From Octopus sinensis (Eukaryota): 64,000 bases of DNA. Location of the stretch: the NCBI RefSeq assembly GCF_006345805.1, contig NC_043002.1, positions 108,748,001 through 108,812,000 on the forward strand, in the 5' to 3' direction. Within the stretch, counting starts at the first letter, position 1; the number at the start of each line of letters is the position of its first letter. The notes under the pieces are model-generated. The model was not told where the DNA came from, ran no database searches, and saw only the letters and a program-made list of their open reading frames with translations. Position numbers and translations under genes: made by a program. Positions 37,133 to 50,100 of this stretch are shown piece by piece.

Positions 37133-37426
37133 ATGGAGGCGCAATGGCCCAGTGGTTAGGGCAGTGGACTCGCAGTCGGAGGATCGCGGTTTCGATTCCC
37201 AGACCGGGTGTTGTGTGTGTTTATTGAGCGAATACACCTAAAAGCTCCACGAGGCTCCGGCAGGGAGTGGTGATCCCTGCTGTACTCATTCACCACTCTT
37301 TCTTCTGTTGGCCTGCTCGCTCAGCCAGCGGGGTGGCGTCGTTCGAAGGCTAAAACAATGCGAACGCATTGTGACCAGCGATGTGTAGCAACATTTGATG
37401 GTCTGGTCGGTCACGTGATCACGTGA
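37133..37426 (+). mobile_element. Variant of the second SINE family with a different 3' module, in (TA)n
   Basis: Head and 5' body match the 39811 and 62489 copies, then an unrelated tail ending gtcacgtgatcacgtgat. Confidence 0.75.
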
Positions 37427-39123
37427 TATATATATATATACACACACACAATTACGATTATTATAAATATAAGCAGGTAATCAATAATAATAATGAAAAT
37501 CATGAAGGTGATAGTGATAACAACCATTATAGTGATGATGAATTTGAATGTGGTGGTTGTGATGGTGTTGTTGATGGTTATGACGACGATGATAATTTCT
37601 GAATTAGGCATAAAATGTCAGGCAATTAGAGTAATGCCCATTATCAAGAGAGACAGTAAAAGATATGAAGAATTTACAACAAGTAATTGTTTCCATCATC
37701 CAGAGACATGATACGACAGGGTTTAAGAGGAGTGGAGCGAGAAACCTCTTATAATGACTATGTAACATTAACAAAGCATTTCATAAACTGATAAAATATA
37801 AATAGCAATCTCTTAGTGCTGATCACAGTATAATCAACAGAAACCCCTGGAAGTGGTGCAACAGGACAGCCCTAATATAAAAGCTGAAACAATGGGGGAC
37901 TGATTTCTTACAAAGCTCAAAACTTCAGATTCGTAAACAAGCGGAATCAGGTCTGTGTGATGGTCATGCCTTTCCCAAAGATATTAGTGATGTGACTGAA
38001 GTGAAATGGTCAGCTCGCTTTAATGTTAAGGCCTATCTCATGTAGATTGATTGTAAATTAGAATATTACATTATTTAGGATTCATCATCATCATTGTTTA
38101 ACGTCCATTTTCCCATGCTAGCATGGGTTGGACGGTTCGACCGGGGTCTGGGAAGCCAGGAGGTTGCACCAGGCTCCAGTCTGATCTGGCAAAGTTTCTA
38201 CAGCTGGATGCCCTTCCTAACGTCAACCACTCCGTGAGTGTAGTGGGTGCTTTCTATGTGCCACCAGCACAGGGGCCAGAGGAGGCTGGTAACAGCCACG
38301 ATTGGTTGGTGCTTTTTACATGCCACTGGCATGGAAAATATATATATATAATCAAAAATTAAATTCGATCAACATGAATGGAAATTGTAGCCGTGATACC
38401 AGTGCCGGTGGCACATAAGAGAACCATCCGAACGTGGCCGTTGCCAGCACCGCCCTGACTGGCTCCTGTGCCGGTGGCACGTAAAAAGCACCCACTACAC
38501 TCATGGAGTAGTTGGCGTTAGGAAGGGCATCCAGCCGTAGAAACATTGCCAGATCAGACTGGGCCTGGTGCAGCTTTCTGGCTTCCCAGACCCCAGTTGC
38601 ACCGTCCAACCCATGCCAGCATGGAAAATGGACGCTAAACGATGATGATGATGATGAATGAAAGAATGGAAGATGGTTAGAGATGGGGACTGAGCAAGGG
38701 AGGAGGAATATAATGAATGGAAAAACAAAGGTTGAGGGATGATAAGAAAGGAAGAGTAGGTAACAACTGTAAAGATCAAGTGAGTTGAGGGGTGAATGTA
38801 GTGACTGGTGGATAGAGAGACAAACAAACAAAACCAGAAAGGAGAAAGCTAATTCGAAGACTATAGATCGAAATCATCACTGGAACTGTAAAAATCTGTA
38901 AAACTTGAAGTTTATCATTTAAATATATATGACTATGAGCATGTCTAGATATGCAGCTATATGCGTGAGAATACATACATAAAGCAAAACATACAAATCT
39001 GCACACACACATGCATACATACATATATACAAACAAACAAAAGTACCCTGTTGTTGATGTTAAAATTCCAATGAAGGAGCCTTGAATCTAGGTTAGAAAC
39101 CAGCTTTTTCTATTGGAAAGAAA

Positions 39124-39418
39124 TCTTTATATATAAAAGAGAGGTTGTGTGTCTGTCTCCTACGACTTAGATACCTAACTACTCCCAGATTTTGCGGTGC
39201 AGTTTAACCAAAACCGGATATCTTATAGTCATGATTCATATCGAGCCCTTCTGGGTATTAGCGCGCGTCTACGATGAGTCTACGATTTTAAAAATAATTT
39301 ACCATCATTTTTTTCCATTTTAATGCATTTTTTTGCTATTTTTTGGCTATAACTCTCTAAAAATGCTTATATAGTTATTTCCCTTACAAACCCGAGCAAC
39401 GCCGGGCGATACTGCTAG
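39124..39418 (+). mobile_element. Non-autonomous Helitron (same family, shorter)
   Basis: Same A|TC start, hairpin and CTAG|T end; body similar to the 25508 copy. Confidence 0.85.
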
Positions 39419-39810
39419 TCTTGAAATAAAACTGAACAATGACATACATACACACAAATATACATGGTATAATTCTACACAGCATATATGTAGATAATAA
39501 ATAATGATAGAAGCTCTCTTATCAAGACACAAGTAATGAGAGGCATATCTTGTATGGTCATCTGAAACTATAGAGATTATTATAAATCATTATTATCTTA
39601 CAGATGAAATATTAGTTTAGCAAAAAAACAAAGGACGGACATAAAAATCTTTATATAGTTACAAAGCTTATCTAATAACAGAACACAGTGCCCCAGACTG
39701 GTATGGAACTGGTGCTGCTTTGCCTATTCCCATCCTCATTGCTGAGGGTCAAGGACCATGGGCACATGCATCATCTCTTACCGATGTTTCCTGCCACTCA
39801 TCATGGTTGT

Positions 39811-40201
39811 GGATGGATGGAAGCACTCCGTTGGTTACGACGACAAGGGTTCCGGTTGATCCGATCAACAGAACAGCCTGCTCGTGAAATTAACGTGTAA
39901 GTGGCTGAGCACTCCACAGACACGTGTACCCTTAACGTAATTCTCAGGGATATTCAGCGTGACACAGAGAGTGACAAGGCCGGCCCTTTGAAATACAGGT
40001 ACAACAGAAACAGGAAGTAAGAGTGAGAGAAAGTTGTGGTGAATGAATACAGCAGGGATCACCACCATCCCTGCCGGAGCCTCGTGGAGCTTTAAGTGTT
40101 TTCGCTCAATAACACTCACAACGCCCGGTCTGGGAATCGAAACCGCGATCCTACAACCGCGAGTCCGCTGCCCTAACCACTGGGCCATTGCGCCTCCACT
40201 A
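39811..40201 (-). mobile_element. Second tRNA-derived SINE family, full length with 13-bp TSD
   Basis: A-box TGGCCCAGTGG, B-box-like GGTTTCGATTCC. TSD tcatcatggttgt at 39798-39810 and 40202-40214. Another copy at 62489-62864 (+). Confidence 0.85.
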
Positions 40202-40569
40202 TCATCATGGTTGTAACATGGACATTAAACAATGATAAAGATGACGTGTGTGTATGTATGTGTATACATACACACACACACATCGTATGTATGGATGGAT
40301 GGATTAGGGAAGGGATGTGCTTTGACATCACGTGATGGTTGTAAAGAAGCATCACCGTCATATAAGCGGTGTTGTTCATTTCCAATCTTCCATGCAAGCA
40401 TTAAAACGGCGATGATGTTACATGAAGTAAACTGGGAACAGAGGGGTTTCTGGTTGAAAATGTTCGAATCTAACAAAAATCCAGTTTAATTTATATTTCT
40501 TTCGTTGGGATTGTTGTCAAAGCTTGCTTACTAATTAAATTACTCATTTTTCTTATTAAAAAAAAATTG

Positions 40570-40997
40570 GATCTTTTCGGTTTGGACGGCAGTTTTTTCT
40601 AGCGGTGTCATATGAAATTGTCACCCATAATTATGACCCTAGTATCGATCTATTGCATTTCAATGACCCTAGTATCGATCTATTGCATTTCAATCTGTTT
40701 TAGGGTTAGGGTTAGGTATCTTTTTTTCTTCAGAAACGTAAATAAACCCAATCTGTTTCTTAAACGAGGGACATATTCATACGGCACAGAATGTTTTCAC
40801 CTTAATAGACGTCATTGATTGGTTGAAATTGCAGAAATTGAAGAAAAAAAACAACTATCTTACAAACTAAAGAATTTTCTCAATAAAGCCAAGAGAAAAA
40901 GATGTTTTATAAACACATTCTACCAGTATACGAAGTTTAAAAGTGTTTAGTTACGTGGAAATTATTTTAAAAAACTGCTGGTCAAACGGAAAAGATC
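40570..40997. mobile_element. MITE with about 28-bp imperfect TIRs and an internal 30-bp duplication
   Basis: gatcttttcggtttggacggcagttttt / aaaaactgctggtcaaacggaaaagatc. Duplicated atgaccctagtatcgatctattgcatttca at 40633-40692. Confidence 0.65.
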
Positions 40998-41615
40998 AAA
41001 AAAATCTTTAATACATAAAGTTTCCGAAGTTCAAATCTCGCCAACATCTCATTTATCATTCCACTCTACAGGAATGATAAAAGTATTTAATACTGGTAAA
41101 AAAAAACAAAATAGCAATTGAGTTAAATAAATTTTGTCCGTCTTAATAACAATGGGGCTGTGAACTTATCGTAGAAATCATGACTACAAACAGGCCAAGA
41201 GCAATGACAAATGTTGGCCAAATGCCGACATGGAGCTCATTAGTCAAGCATTTATCCTATCTGTTCTTATGGATAATAAATGACATTCATGTATATTATA
41301 GGCCGTTTCGCTCTTTACACAATGGTCATTCATAGAGAGAGAGAGAGAGAGAAAGCAAACGTGCATTAATAAAACTGAAGAATTGAAAAAATTAGCTCCT
41401 GCTTATTGTTAATAACAATAATTAAAAGGAAATAATGAGGTAAATAAATGCTGGTATGGAAATCTAGAAAGTTGCATAAAATTATTATTTACATAAAAAA
41501 ATAGGAACGTCAATTTTAAGACCTACAATTCATTAGTAGGTGAGATGGTACTCGTATGTGTTATAGTGTGCGTGTGGGTGGGTGCGCACACAAATTTACG
41601 TATGCGAATATGTAT

Positions 41616-42021
41616 TACTCTTTTTACTCTTTTACTTGTTTCAGTCATTTGACTGCGGCCATGCTGGAGCACCGCCTTTTAGTCAAGCAAATCGACCCCG
41701 GGACTTATTCTTTGTAAGCCCAGTACTTATTCTATCGGTCTCTTTTTTGCCGAACCGCTAAGTGACGGGGACGTAAACACACCAGCATCGGTTGTCAAGC
41801 AATGCTAGAGGGACAAACACAGACACACAAACACACATATATATATATACATACATACGACAGGCTTCTTTCAGTTTCCGTCTACCAAATCCACTCACAA
41901 GGCATTGGTCGGCCCGGGGCTATAGCAGAAGACACTTGCCCAAGATGCCACGCAGTGGGACTGAACCCGGAACTATGTGGTTGGTTAGCAAGCTACTTAC
42001 CACACAGCCACTCCTGCGCCT
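41616..42021 (-). mobile_element. Same SINE family (young copy)
   Basis: Nearly identical to 15342-15752. Confidence 0.85.
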
Positions 42022-42344
42022 AGGCATGTATCTAGGCATGTATGAATTTATGTGTACGAGTGTACACGTGCAATCTATGTACGAGGCATATAAATGAGAG
42101 GTGTTTCTGGGTATGCGTGCGTTTAAAACAGGACTGGAATTGTTGATATTTTATCGACCCCCATCATGCAAATTTCTAGAAAAGAATTTTTGCATAAAAT
42201 TATTTTCTTCACTTAGCTATAATTTTTCCTTTTGTGTCACTGCCGCTTGAAAAAAAAATAAAGAACAATAAAAATCCAGTCCTGTTATATTGATATAACC
42301 GGAATATTTAATGTGAAATATATGTTTGGTGAATGCTAATTGAT

Positions 42345-42672
42345 GCTGAGACCCCCTTTCGTCATGACTGACCTAGAAAGTTATCCTCCTAAGCACAAGT
42401 CCGTGCAAGGTTGTTTATGAAAGACCAGCAGTCACCCATGCATACCGGCCTCTCCTCTCCACACCACTGATGTTATCCAAAAGAAAGGCAAAGGGGCCGA
42501 TACAGCTTGGCACCTGTGACACCGCAACTAATTTCTACAGCTGAGTGAACTGGAACAACGTGAAATAAAGTGTCTTGCTTAAGAACACAACACGCAGCCC
42601 AGTCAGGGATTCGAACTCACAACCTCACGATCGTAAGCTCGACGCTCTAACCACTGAGCCATGCGCCTTCAC
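42345..42672 (-). mobile_element. Third tRNA-derived SINE
   Basis: A-box TGGCTCAGTGG, B-box GAGTTCGAATCC, then gtgttcttaagcaagacacttt...cactcagctgtag. A decayed relative lies at about 10870-11050. Confidence 0.75.
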
Positions 42673-42780
42673 ATATTAATTGATATTGCATTGATGTTTG
42701 GTTGGAAATTAGTGGTTTTTAGCCTTAAATTAGCCATACTTGTCTTGATTCAGTCTGCAAATAATTTCAGTGCCCTTTCA

Positions 42781-43183
42781 GCGCAGGAGTGGCTGTGTGG
42801 TAAGTAGCTTGCTAACCAACCACATGGTTCCGGGTTCAGTCCCACTGCGTGGCATCTTGGGCAAGTGTCTTCTGCTATAGCCTCGGGCTGACCAAAGCCT
42901 TGTGAGTGGATTTGGTAGACGGAAACTGAAAGAAGCCTGTCGTATATATGTATATATATATATATGTATGTGTGTGTATGTGTTTGTCCCCCTAGCATTG
43001 CTTGACAACCAATGCTGGTGTGTTTACGTCCCCATCACTTAGTGGTTCGGCAAAAGAGACCGATAGAAAAAGTACTGGGCTTACAAAGAATAAGTCCCGG
43101 GGTCGATTTGCTCGACTAAAGGTGGTGCTCCAGCATGGCCGCAGTCAAATGACTGAAACAAGTAAAAGAGTAAAAAGAGAGTA
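42781..43183 (+). mobile_element. Same SINE family (young copy)
   Basis: Inverted relative to 41616-42021. An extra head fragment lies at about 43612-43680. Confidence 0.85.
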
Positions 43184-44473
43184 ACGCTCAAAATCGTTTC
43201 AGGTGTTTACCAAACCCCCCCCCCCTGGTTAGCAACATAGATCACCGCTACCAGCAGGGATCAGTATTGACAATTAGGCCGACTCTTTGTTTAGTATATG
43301 TGGGCGTGTTTGCCTGCGTTTATACGATCGCATTAGCATGTGCGTGTAAATGCTCTTATACATTGCCTTTGTACGTTTGTGTGTTCGCAAAAATACGCAA
43401 GTGTACTTATGTGCCAGTAATGAAATAACTAAAATACCCTAATTCTTACGACTGAAACGGATCATAACTATACTTAGGCTGCACCTATGGCCTGTGGTTA
43501 AACAACAACGATAAGCACTCTAAGAGGACGCGGAGAATACATTTTTAACACTTTTGCATAACAATAAAATATATGATGATTTAGGCAGGGTCTTTCACAT
43601 TAGTTGTTAGGCGCAGGAGTGGCTGTGTGGTAAGTAGCTTGCTTACCAACCACATGGTTCCGGGTTCAATCCGACTGCGATTTGTGTGATTTGGGAGAGA
43701 TTTGGCTGCTATTTTTAGTTGTCTGGACGACTGTGTTGAGCAGATTAGGGCAGCCTTTTTCGGAAAGCAAGCCGTACAACTAAAATAAAATTCAAGGTAA
43801 TTTTTCGTTTGCCGAGGACCAGAGTTTACCTACGACTGGTGTAGTGGTTTCTTTGCCGATGATTCGTCGAGTGTAAAAGCGGGGGAAACAATGGTTTGTG
43901 AAACTGGAAACAAGTCACTATGAGAGACCAATAATTGACTGATCTCTACGTAAAAAAAAAACAACGAAGTCAAGGAATTCCCCATATATATTTACACTAT
44001 AAAATATTCACACAAAACCTATACTACTATATATATATATATAAAGTATTTTCTCTCTTTTTATACGTGTATGTATTGCATGCGTATATTATGATTAATT
44101 AATCATATCAAATAACAGTCGTCTCATAAGGGCCGTACATGTATATCAGTGGATTATATTGTCATACACTATTGTACGACACCTACCTACACCAACCACT
44201 CCCTAAGTATCTCTAGTTAAATATCCGTAAAAAATATGACTAGAAACTGTTTTAACCGCAGGCTTTGTATCACAGGACCTTCTGGGCTTTTTCAATAATA
44301 AAAAAAACCCAGAAGACCGTAAGAGTTCGATTTAGAAGTTTCACCTATTCCAAGTGGTTCTACTGCGCACCCACAAATCTTCGTATTTGTACGCCTCCGT
44401 AAAAACACACAACTTGATATATGTACACACACGTGTGTGTGCATGTGTGTGTATATATATATATACATATATA

Positions 44474-44666
44474 CTGTTGTGTCTGGGGAGAGTCATTTTC
44501 TTTTTGTGCCTTATTTAACACACTCACCGGTAAAATTTCCACTTATTTCTTATTAAAATCAAAATAAAATAAAAAATAAAAATAAGAAATAAGTGGAAAT
44601 TTTTTCCCGGTGAGTGTGTTAAATTATAAGGCACAAAAAGAAAATGACTCTCCCCAGACACAACAG
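44474..44666. mobile_element. Palindromic foldback element next to (TA)n
   Basis: ctgttgtgtctggggagagtcattttc ... gaaaatgactctccccagacacaacag, near-perfect arms around an A-rich centre. Confidence 0.65.
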
Positions 44667-45571
44667 AATATGCTTCAACACACGAACTCGTATAAAGAAT
44701 CTTGCAAACCAAATCCAAAAACGAAATTATATATATATATATATAATGAAGGCCAGCAATTTTACGAAGCGGTTAGTCAATTACATCGATACCAGTACTC
44801 GATTGGTACTTTTATTTTAGCGACTTAGAAAGAACGGAAAGCAAAGAAAACCTCAACAGGATTTAAGCTCAGAACGCAAAGGGTTGGCAGAAATGCTGCT
44901 AAGCATTTTACCCGACGAATTAACGATTCTGCTAGCTCGCCGCCTAATATAAATAGATGCAATGATTATATAAAGGATGGCCAAAACGATTAGACAAGAA
45001 AATAAAGCTAAGTTTTTATTTATATAACACAATGCCCGACATTTATTATGGAACGACAACAGGAGTGGTGAGCTTAAAGCTTTAACCATGCAGCATCAGG
45101 AAGACGAGCGGAACCGTCCTCAAAACTGAAAAGTACAACACTTTATAGATTTCTATATTCCTTAAGTGGGCGCTCATATCTTAATACAGACACAATTAGT
45201 AAAACAAGTGCGACACATTTACATAACTACCGCAACCAAAGAATGAAAATATATTAATGTATGCATGACAAGCCTTCTGTTGTCAATTAGCATACATGTA
45301 CAAACACACTTGGTGTTGCACCAATACTGGATTTAACGATTTATGCGTATGCAGAAACACGTGTACACAGTGTGCATACGCCTTGCGCAGTGTGGCAATG
45401 AAAGTTCTTATTTATATTTCACATGCTTGAAGAGGAGGGATAGAGGTTTAGCTGTGGTCGTAAGGAGTCGGTAGAATCGGTAGAGCGAGCGACAGGGAAA
45501 GATAGTTTGCAGTCTCTAACCCGGGAAAATGAAACTATGTTCAGGTTCTACAATATAAATAATATCGATTT

Positions 45572-45788
45572 TAAATTTTGGCATAAGGCCAGCAATTTCT
45601 GGGGGTGAGAGTAAGTCGATTATATCGACCCTAGTGCTTCAGCGTAACTGGTACTTATTTTATAGACCCCGAAAGGATGAAAGGCAGAGTCGACCTCGGT
45701 GGAATTTGAACTCAGAACGTAATGGCAGACGAAATGCCGCTTAGCATTTCGCCGGGCGTGCTAACGATTCTGCCAGCTCGCTGCCTTA
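45572..45788 (-). mobile_element. Fourth SINE family, Meta/MESC-like central motif, (ATT)n tail
   Basis: Head aaggcagcgagctggcagaatcgttagc, core gcctttcatcctttcggggtc...aagtaccag. Copies near 4522-4752, 9160-9375, 9385-9592, 23030-23240, 24175-24935 (four in tandem), 27465-27670, 30075-30300, 44745-44945 and 47383-48010. Confidence 0.7.
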
Positions 45789-46339
45789 GTTGATCAATAT
45801 TGAAATACTAAAGATGATGTGTGTATATATACCCGCTCAAAGATGATAACCTTGTTCTTGTTTTCGAAACCATTATTATCGAAAAGGGAGTTCGTTGGGA
45901 GACAGCAGAAACACACGGGCTGTAAACTATATCTCCCTTCGTTATATATTTTGTAGAGAGGGAAACGGAAGAGCGATGGCAAATTCTTCTCATGGCCTGT
46001 TTTAGGCCCCTCACACACTAGCGAAATGGATCAATGATCTACTTCTATGGTGGGTCGTCGACTATGGACAGGTAGAGAGACCCAGAAGAAGGTTGCAACA
46101 TGGAACAGGAAGGTGATACCCAGCAAAGATGATGAACAAGGAAGAGAGTTAAGTGCAAGGGCTGATCTTGGAGAGAGAGAGAGAGGTGATGTGCAGGTTG
46201 CTGCTTCTGGGCATCAGAGATCGTTACAGTAGAACGAACAGAGGTGGGGGGGGGTCCTGTGACTAGTGGTTCTAATATGTTCATCATTTCCCGCTATCTC
46301 CGCCTGCGGCAGAATGCGCACCAACATGAGAGTTGCTCC

Positions 46340-46700
46340 TAAAGCATTCAATCTTTGTGACAAAAGCATTCAGAGAAACTATGTCAAGACCTGTGTTGTG
46401 ATGTTATCTCTCCATCTCTTAGGTTGCCGGCCGTCTGTGTCTCTTTCCATCACTTCTGTCTTCCAAGCAGATCTTGTTGATGCCGTAAACCATTCGCTTA
46501 ATGTGGTCAAGCAGTCTGAGTCCTTTGTTTTGGATGACAGAAGTGATATGGTTTTCTCAAATCTTCAATTCTGGCATGTTGGCGAGGGAGTATTTACCAA
46601 ATAACAAAACGCCTTTCTTTTAGGCGATAAAGAGTTTAGTAACATCAGCCAGTCCCAGGTATGTCAGCAATACTCCATTATGGTCGTACTTCCATGTTGC
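46340..46700 (-). mobile_element. Decayed RTE-like LINE 3' fragment
   Basis: Minus-strand ENHITSVIQNKGLRLLDHIKRMVYGINKICLEDRSDGKRHRRPA resembles the RLRWLGHV...GRP region. Confidence 0.55.
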
Positions 46701-46800
46701 GGAGGATCGACAATAGACAAGGGCTGATCAATATTTTCTGGCCCTAGAGAGAATGCCGCCTAGCATTTGGAATGTAATTTTATCAATGTTATATATATAT

Positions 46801-47108
46801 AAACAATTGCAGCGTGGAAGGTATTTATAAGCCATTTAAGAAACACACAAAATCCGTTAGATCCACTTCAACATTTAAATTTAATTTGCCAAAATATTTT
46901 CGTCGCTTTGAGACCGCGATCTGTTCACTGAGATGCAGCACGGATTTTTGTTAGTGAACAGATCGCGGTCTCAAAGCGACGAAAATATTTTGGCAAATTA
47001 AATTTAAATGTTGAAGTGGATCTAACGGATTTTGTGTGTTTCTTAAATGGCTTATAAACACCTTCCACGCTGCAATTGTTTTCGTTCCAGCACACGATCT
47101 TAGATCAC
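46801..47108. mobile_element. Young palindromic element (129-bp arms, one mismatch seen) between (TA)n and (CA)n
   Basis: 46801-46929 is the reverse complement of 46953-47081, followed by a short unique tail. Confidence 0.75.
46947..46997 (+). ncRNA. Minimal hammerhead-like motif with G3-C8 swapped core
   Basis: UUUGUUA-GUGAACA-GAUCGC(GGUCUCAAA)GCGAC-GAA-AAUAUU-U-UGGCAAA. Stem I is 7 bp (2 GU). Stem II is 4 bp plus a closing G-C across a bulged A. Stem III AAUAUU is palindromic. Confidence 0.6.
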
Positions 47109-50100
47109 ACACACACACAGAATATCAGAAATTTGTAGGTACTTGGACTAGTTTAATTCTAGAAGTTGTTCATTCATAAGGAAGAAAGAATCAAGACCGA
47201 TCTTTGATAACAATTGTGGCTCTATGCAGTGGAAAGAGACTGGGTCGTTTCTACTCAATAAAGTCTAACAAAAGGTGTTTGGGGTACGTAAGAAAGTTGC
47301 TTAATCCCGGGTAAGCCTTATGATCCAGCAGACCGTCTTTCTAGTAGTGACTAGATCGTTTATTATAATCATTTATTATTAAGGTGGCGAACTGGCAGAA
47401 TCGTTAGCACACCGGACGAAATGCTTAGCGGCATTTCGTCCATCTTCAGGTTCTGAGTTCAAATTCCGTCGAGGTCGACATTGCCTTTCATCCTTTCGGG
47501 GTCGATAAAATAAGTAGCAGTTAAGCACTGGTGTCGATGTAATGAACTCATCCTCTCACCTAAAATTTCAGGCCTCGTGCCTTTAGTAGAAATGATTATT
47601 ATTATTATTATTTAGGTGGCGAGCTGGTAGAATTGTTAACACCCCGGACACAATGCTTCTCCCCTCCCCCGAACTTGCTGGCCTTGTGCCAAAATTTGAA
47701 ATCATTATCATTATTCCAGCCAGGTCGACTTTACTTTTCATTCTTTCGGGGATTGATGAAGAACCAGTCAAGTACGAAGAAAGATGTCATCGATTTATCT
47801 CCTCCCCTAAAATTGCTGGCCTTGTGCCGAAATTTGAAACTATTACAAGGCGGCGAACAAGCATTTCGACTGAGTTCAAATCCCGCAGAGGTCGACTTTG
47901 CTTTTTGTCCTTTCGGCGTCAATAAAATATGTACCAGCTGAGCGTTGGGGTCGATGTAATCGACTAATTCCTTTCCACCCCACTTGCACCTAAAGTAGGA
48001 AAGATTATTATTACTATTACGTGTATCTTGGACTACATTATATAATGTCTCGTTGTTGTTGTCCACGGTCAAACCTGATCGAGCAAAATCTCTGATAAAA
48101 AATGAAAACAGCAGCAAAGACGTATGGAATGGTCTTGTACGGAGGACATACACGAACCATGCTACAATGGATTGTTCACATAGGAGATCCGTCCAAGAGA
48201 TGAGAGGCCGGAGGCGCAGCTTATAGACAATTTTGCAAACAAGTTTCTCTGGAAGATACGGTCGAAAACTTGGTCAATGTAAAATATTTCCAGTGTGCTG
48301 GTGGCACGTAACAAACACCATCCGATCGTGGCCGTGCCAGCCTCGCCTGGCCTCCGTGCCGGTGGCACGTAACAAACACCATCCGAGCGTGGCCGTTCGC
48401 CAGCCTCGTCTGGCACCTGTGTCGATGGCACGTAAAAAACACCATCCGAGCGTGGCCGTTCGCCAGCCTCGTCTGGCACCTGTGTCGGTGGCACATAAAA
48501 AGCACCCACTACACTCACGGAGTGGTTCGCGTTAGGAAGGGCATCCAGCTGTGGCCTGGTGCAGCATTCGGGCTTCCCAGACCCCAGTTGAACCGTCCAA
48601 CCCATGCTAGCAGGGAAAGCGGACGTTAAACGACGATGATGTTAAACAAGTGGTAAGAACGATGCGATAGCAAGATTTGAGCTGACTCTAAGGAAACCAT
48701 ATTGATGATATCTAAGAGAACGAAGAAATTTGTGTAAATATTTTTATCACATCATTGAAAGAGAGGGTGATTGGCAGAGCCTAAGAAGTTGTCTTTTGGG
48801 ATTATAGGAAACACTTGTTTTGACAATAGAATAGAAAAATGTTGTCCCACTACATTGTGAGTTCGAATTGTACTAGAATCGACTTTATTTTTTTTATCCT
48901 CCAATACCTTTCATTGTTGTTAAACCCACCGATCTATGGGGATGTCATGATTAGTGATAGCTGTCAACTAACTCAACCGACGGATATTAATAGAAAATAG
49001 AGAATTTTAAAAAATGCTGCCAGTCCAGAGAAATGATAAAGCTTGTTTCGAATACCTTGACCTTCAATGCGACAAATTCTCTGTTACAGTAACTACACAT
49101 ATTAGAATATAAAGTGACAAGAAAGAACAACTGTTCTCGTCTGTGTTATTGTTGTTAGCGATATGAGCTAAACACATCAACATGATAAAATCGTGACATC
49201 TATGACCATTCTTTATTTTATTCAGGCACAACACTTGTCTACATTATCTAACGTGGCTTTCAGCCCAGGGTCAGCTCTGAGCGAGCAAATCTTCGACGAA
49301 AGATATGGCTCTCCACTGGTTTTGTTTTATTTGAATAAGAAACACGACAGAGACCAATGTATCTTCGTTTATTTTAAGACAGTACGGTGTGGTTTGGGGG
49401 AAAATTTAACTAATATTTTTAGTAGATCGAACGACCAGGTAGAGGTTATCGCGTTGACTCGTTTCGTCTGAAGGAAGCAGATGAGAGAGAATTAAAAGTG
49501 GTTTTAGGTTTGGTTTTATATTGTTGAGGATGAGAGATGTGTCGGTAAGAAACGGAGAGGGGAGTTATGACAAACACATCGAGAGGATTGGTTGGGGGTG
49601 TGACGATTGAGAAGACATAGAAAATGTGACGATCTGAGAAGGTGAGATGAGAAAATCATTTGACATTCGAAGATTTCGATGCAGGTTTTATAGATTGACT
49701 ACCAACAGGTGAATAGAGAAAGCGATTGTTGTAGAAAGAGTAAAAAGGACAAGACGTATGTGTGGGGGGTGGGGGTGGAATCAATGATTGTGAAGTGAAG
49801 TGTGATTACTGTTGGTCATTTCGATTGGATGCAGTCGAGGTAAAAATCACAAATAGACACGTATATTGTATGTATGTATACACACAAACACGCGCAGGCA
49901 CAGAAGGAGAGAAAAATCACACACACACACAAAATGTAACAAACATGATTTAAGTCTTCTCGCCTCAAAATTAATAAAACTATTATTGTTCAAAACAATT
50001 CAATCAGTAAGAAATATGCCAAATATATCGTCGGGGTTAAAACCTAGATGGGAGAGAATAAATGAAAGAACAACTAAATAGACATCGAAGTGAAGTTTGT

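Noticed and set aside
40701-40717. Interstitial telomere (TTAGGG)
   Set aside because: Fewer than three units, inside a MITE; a similar short run lies near 19830.
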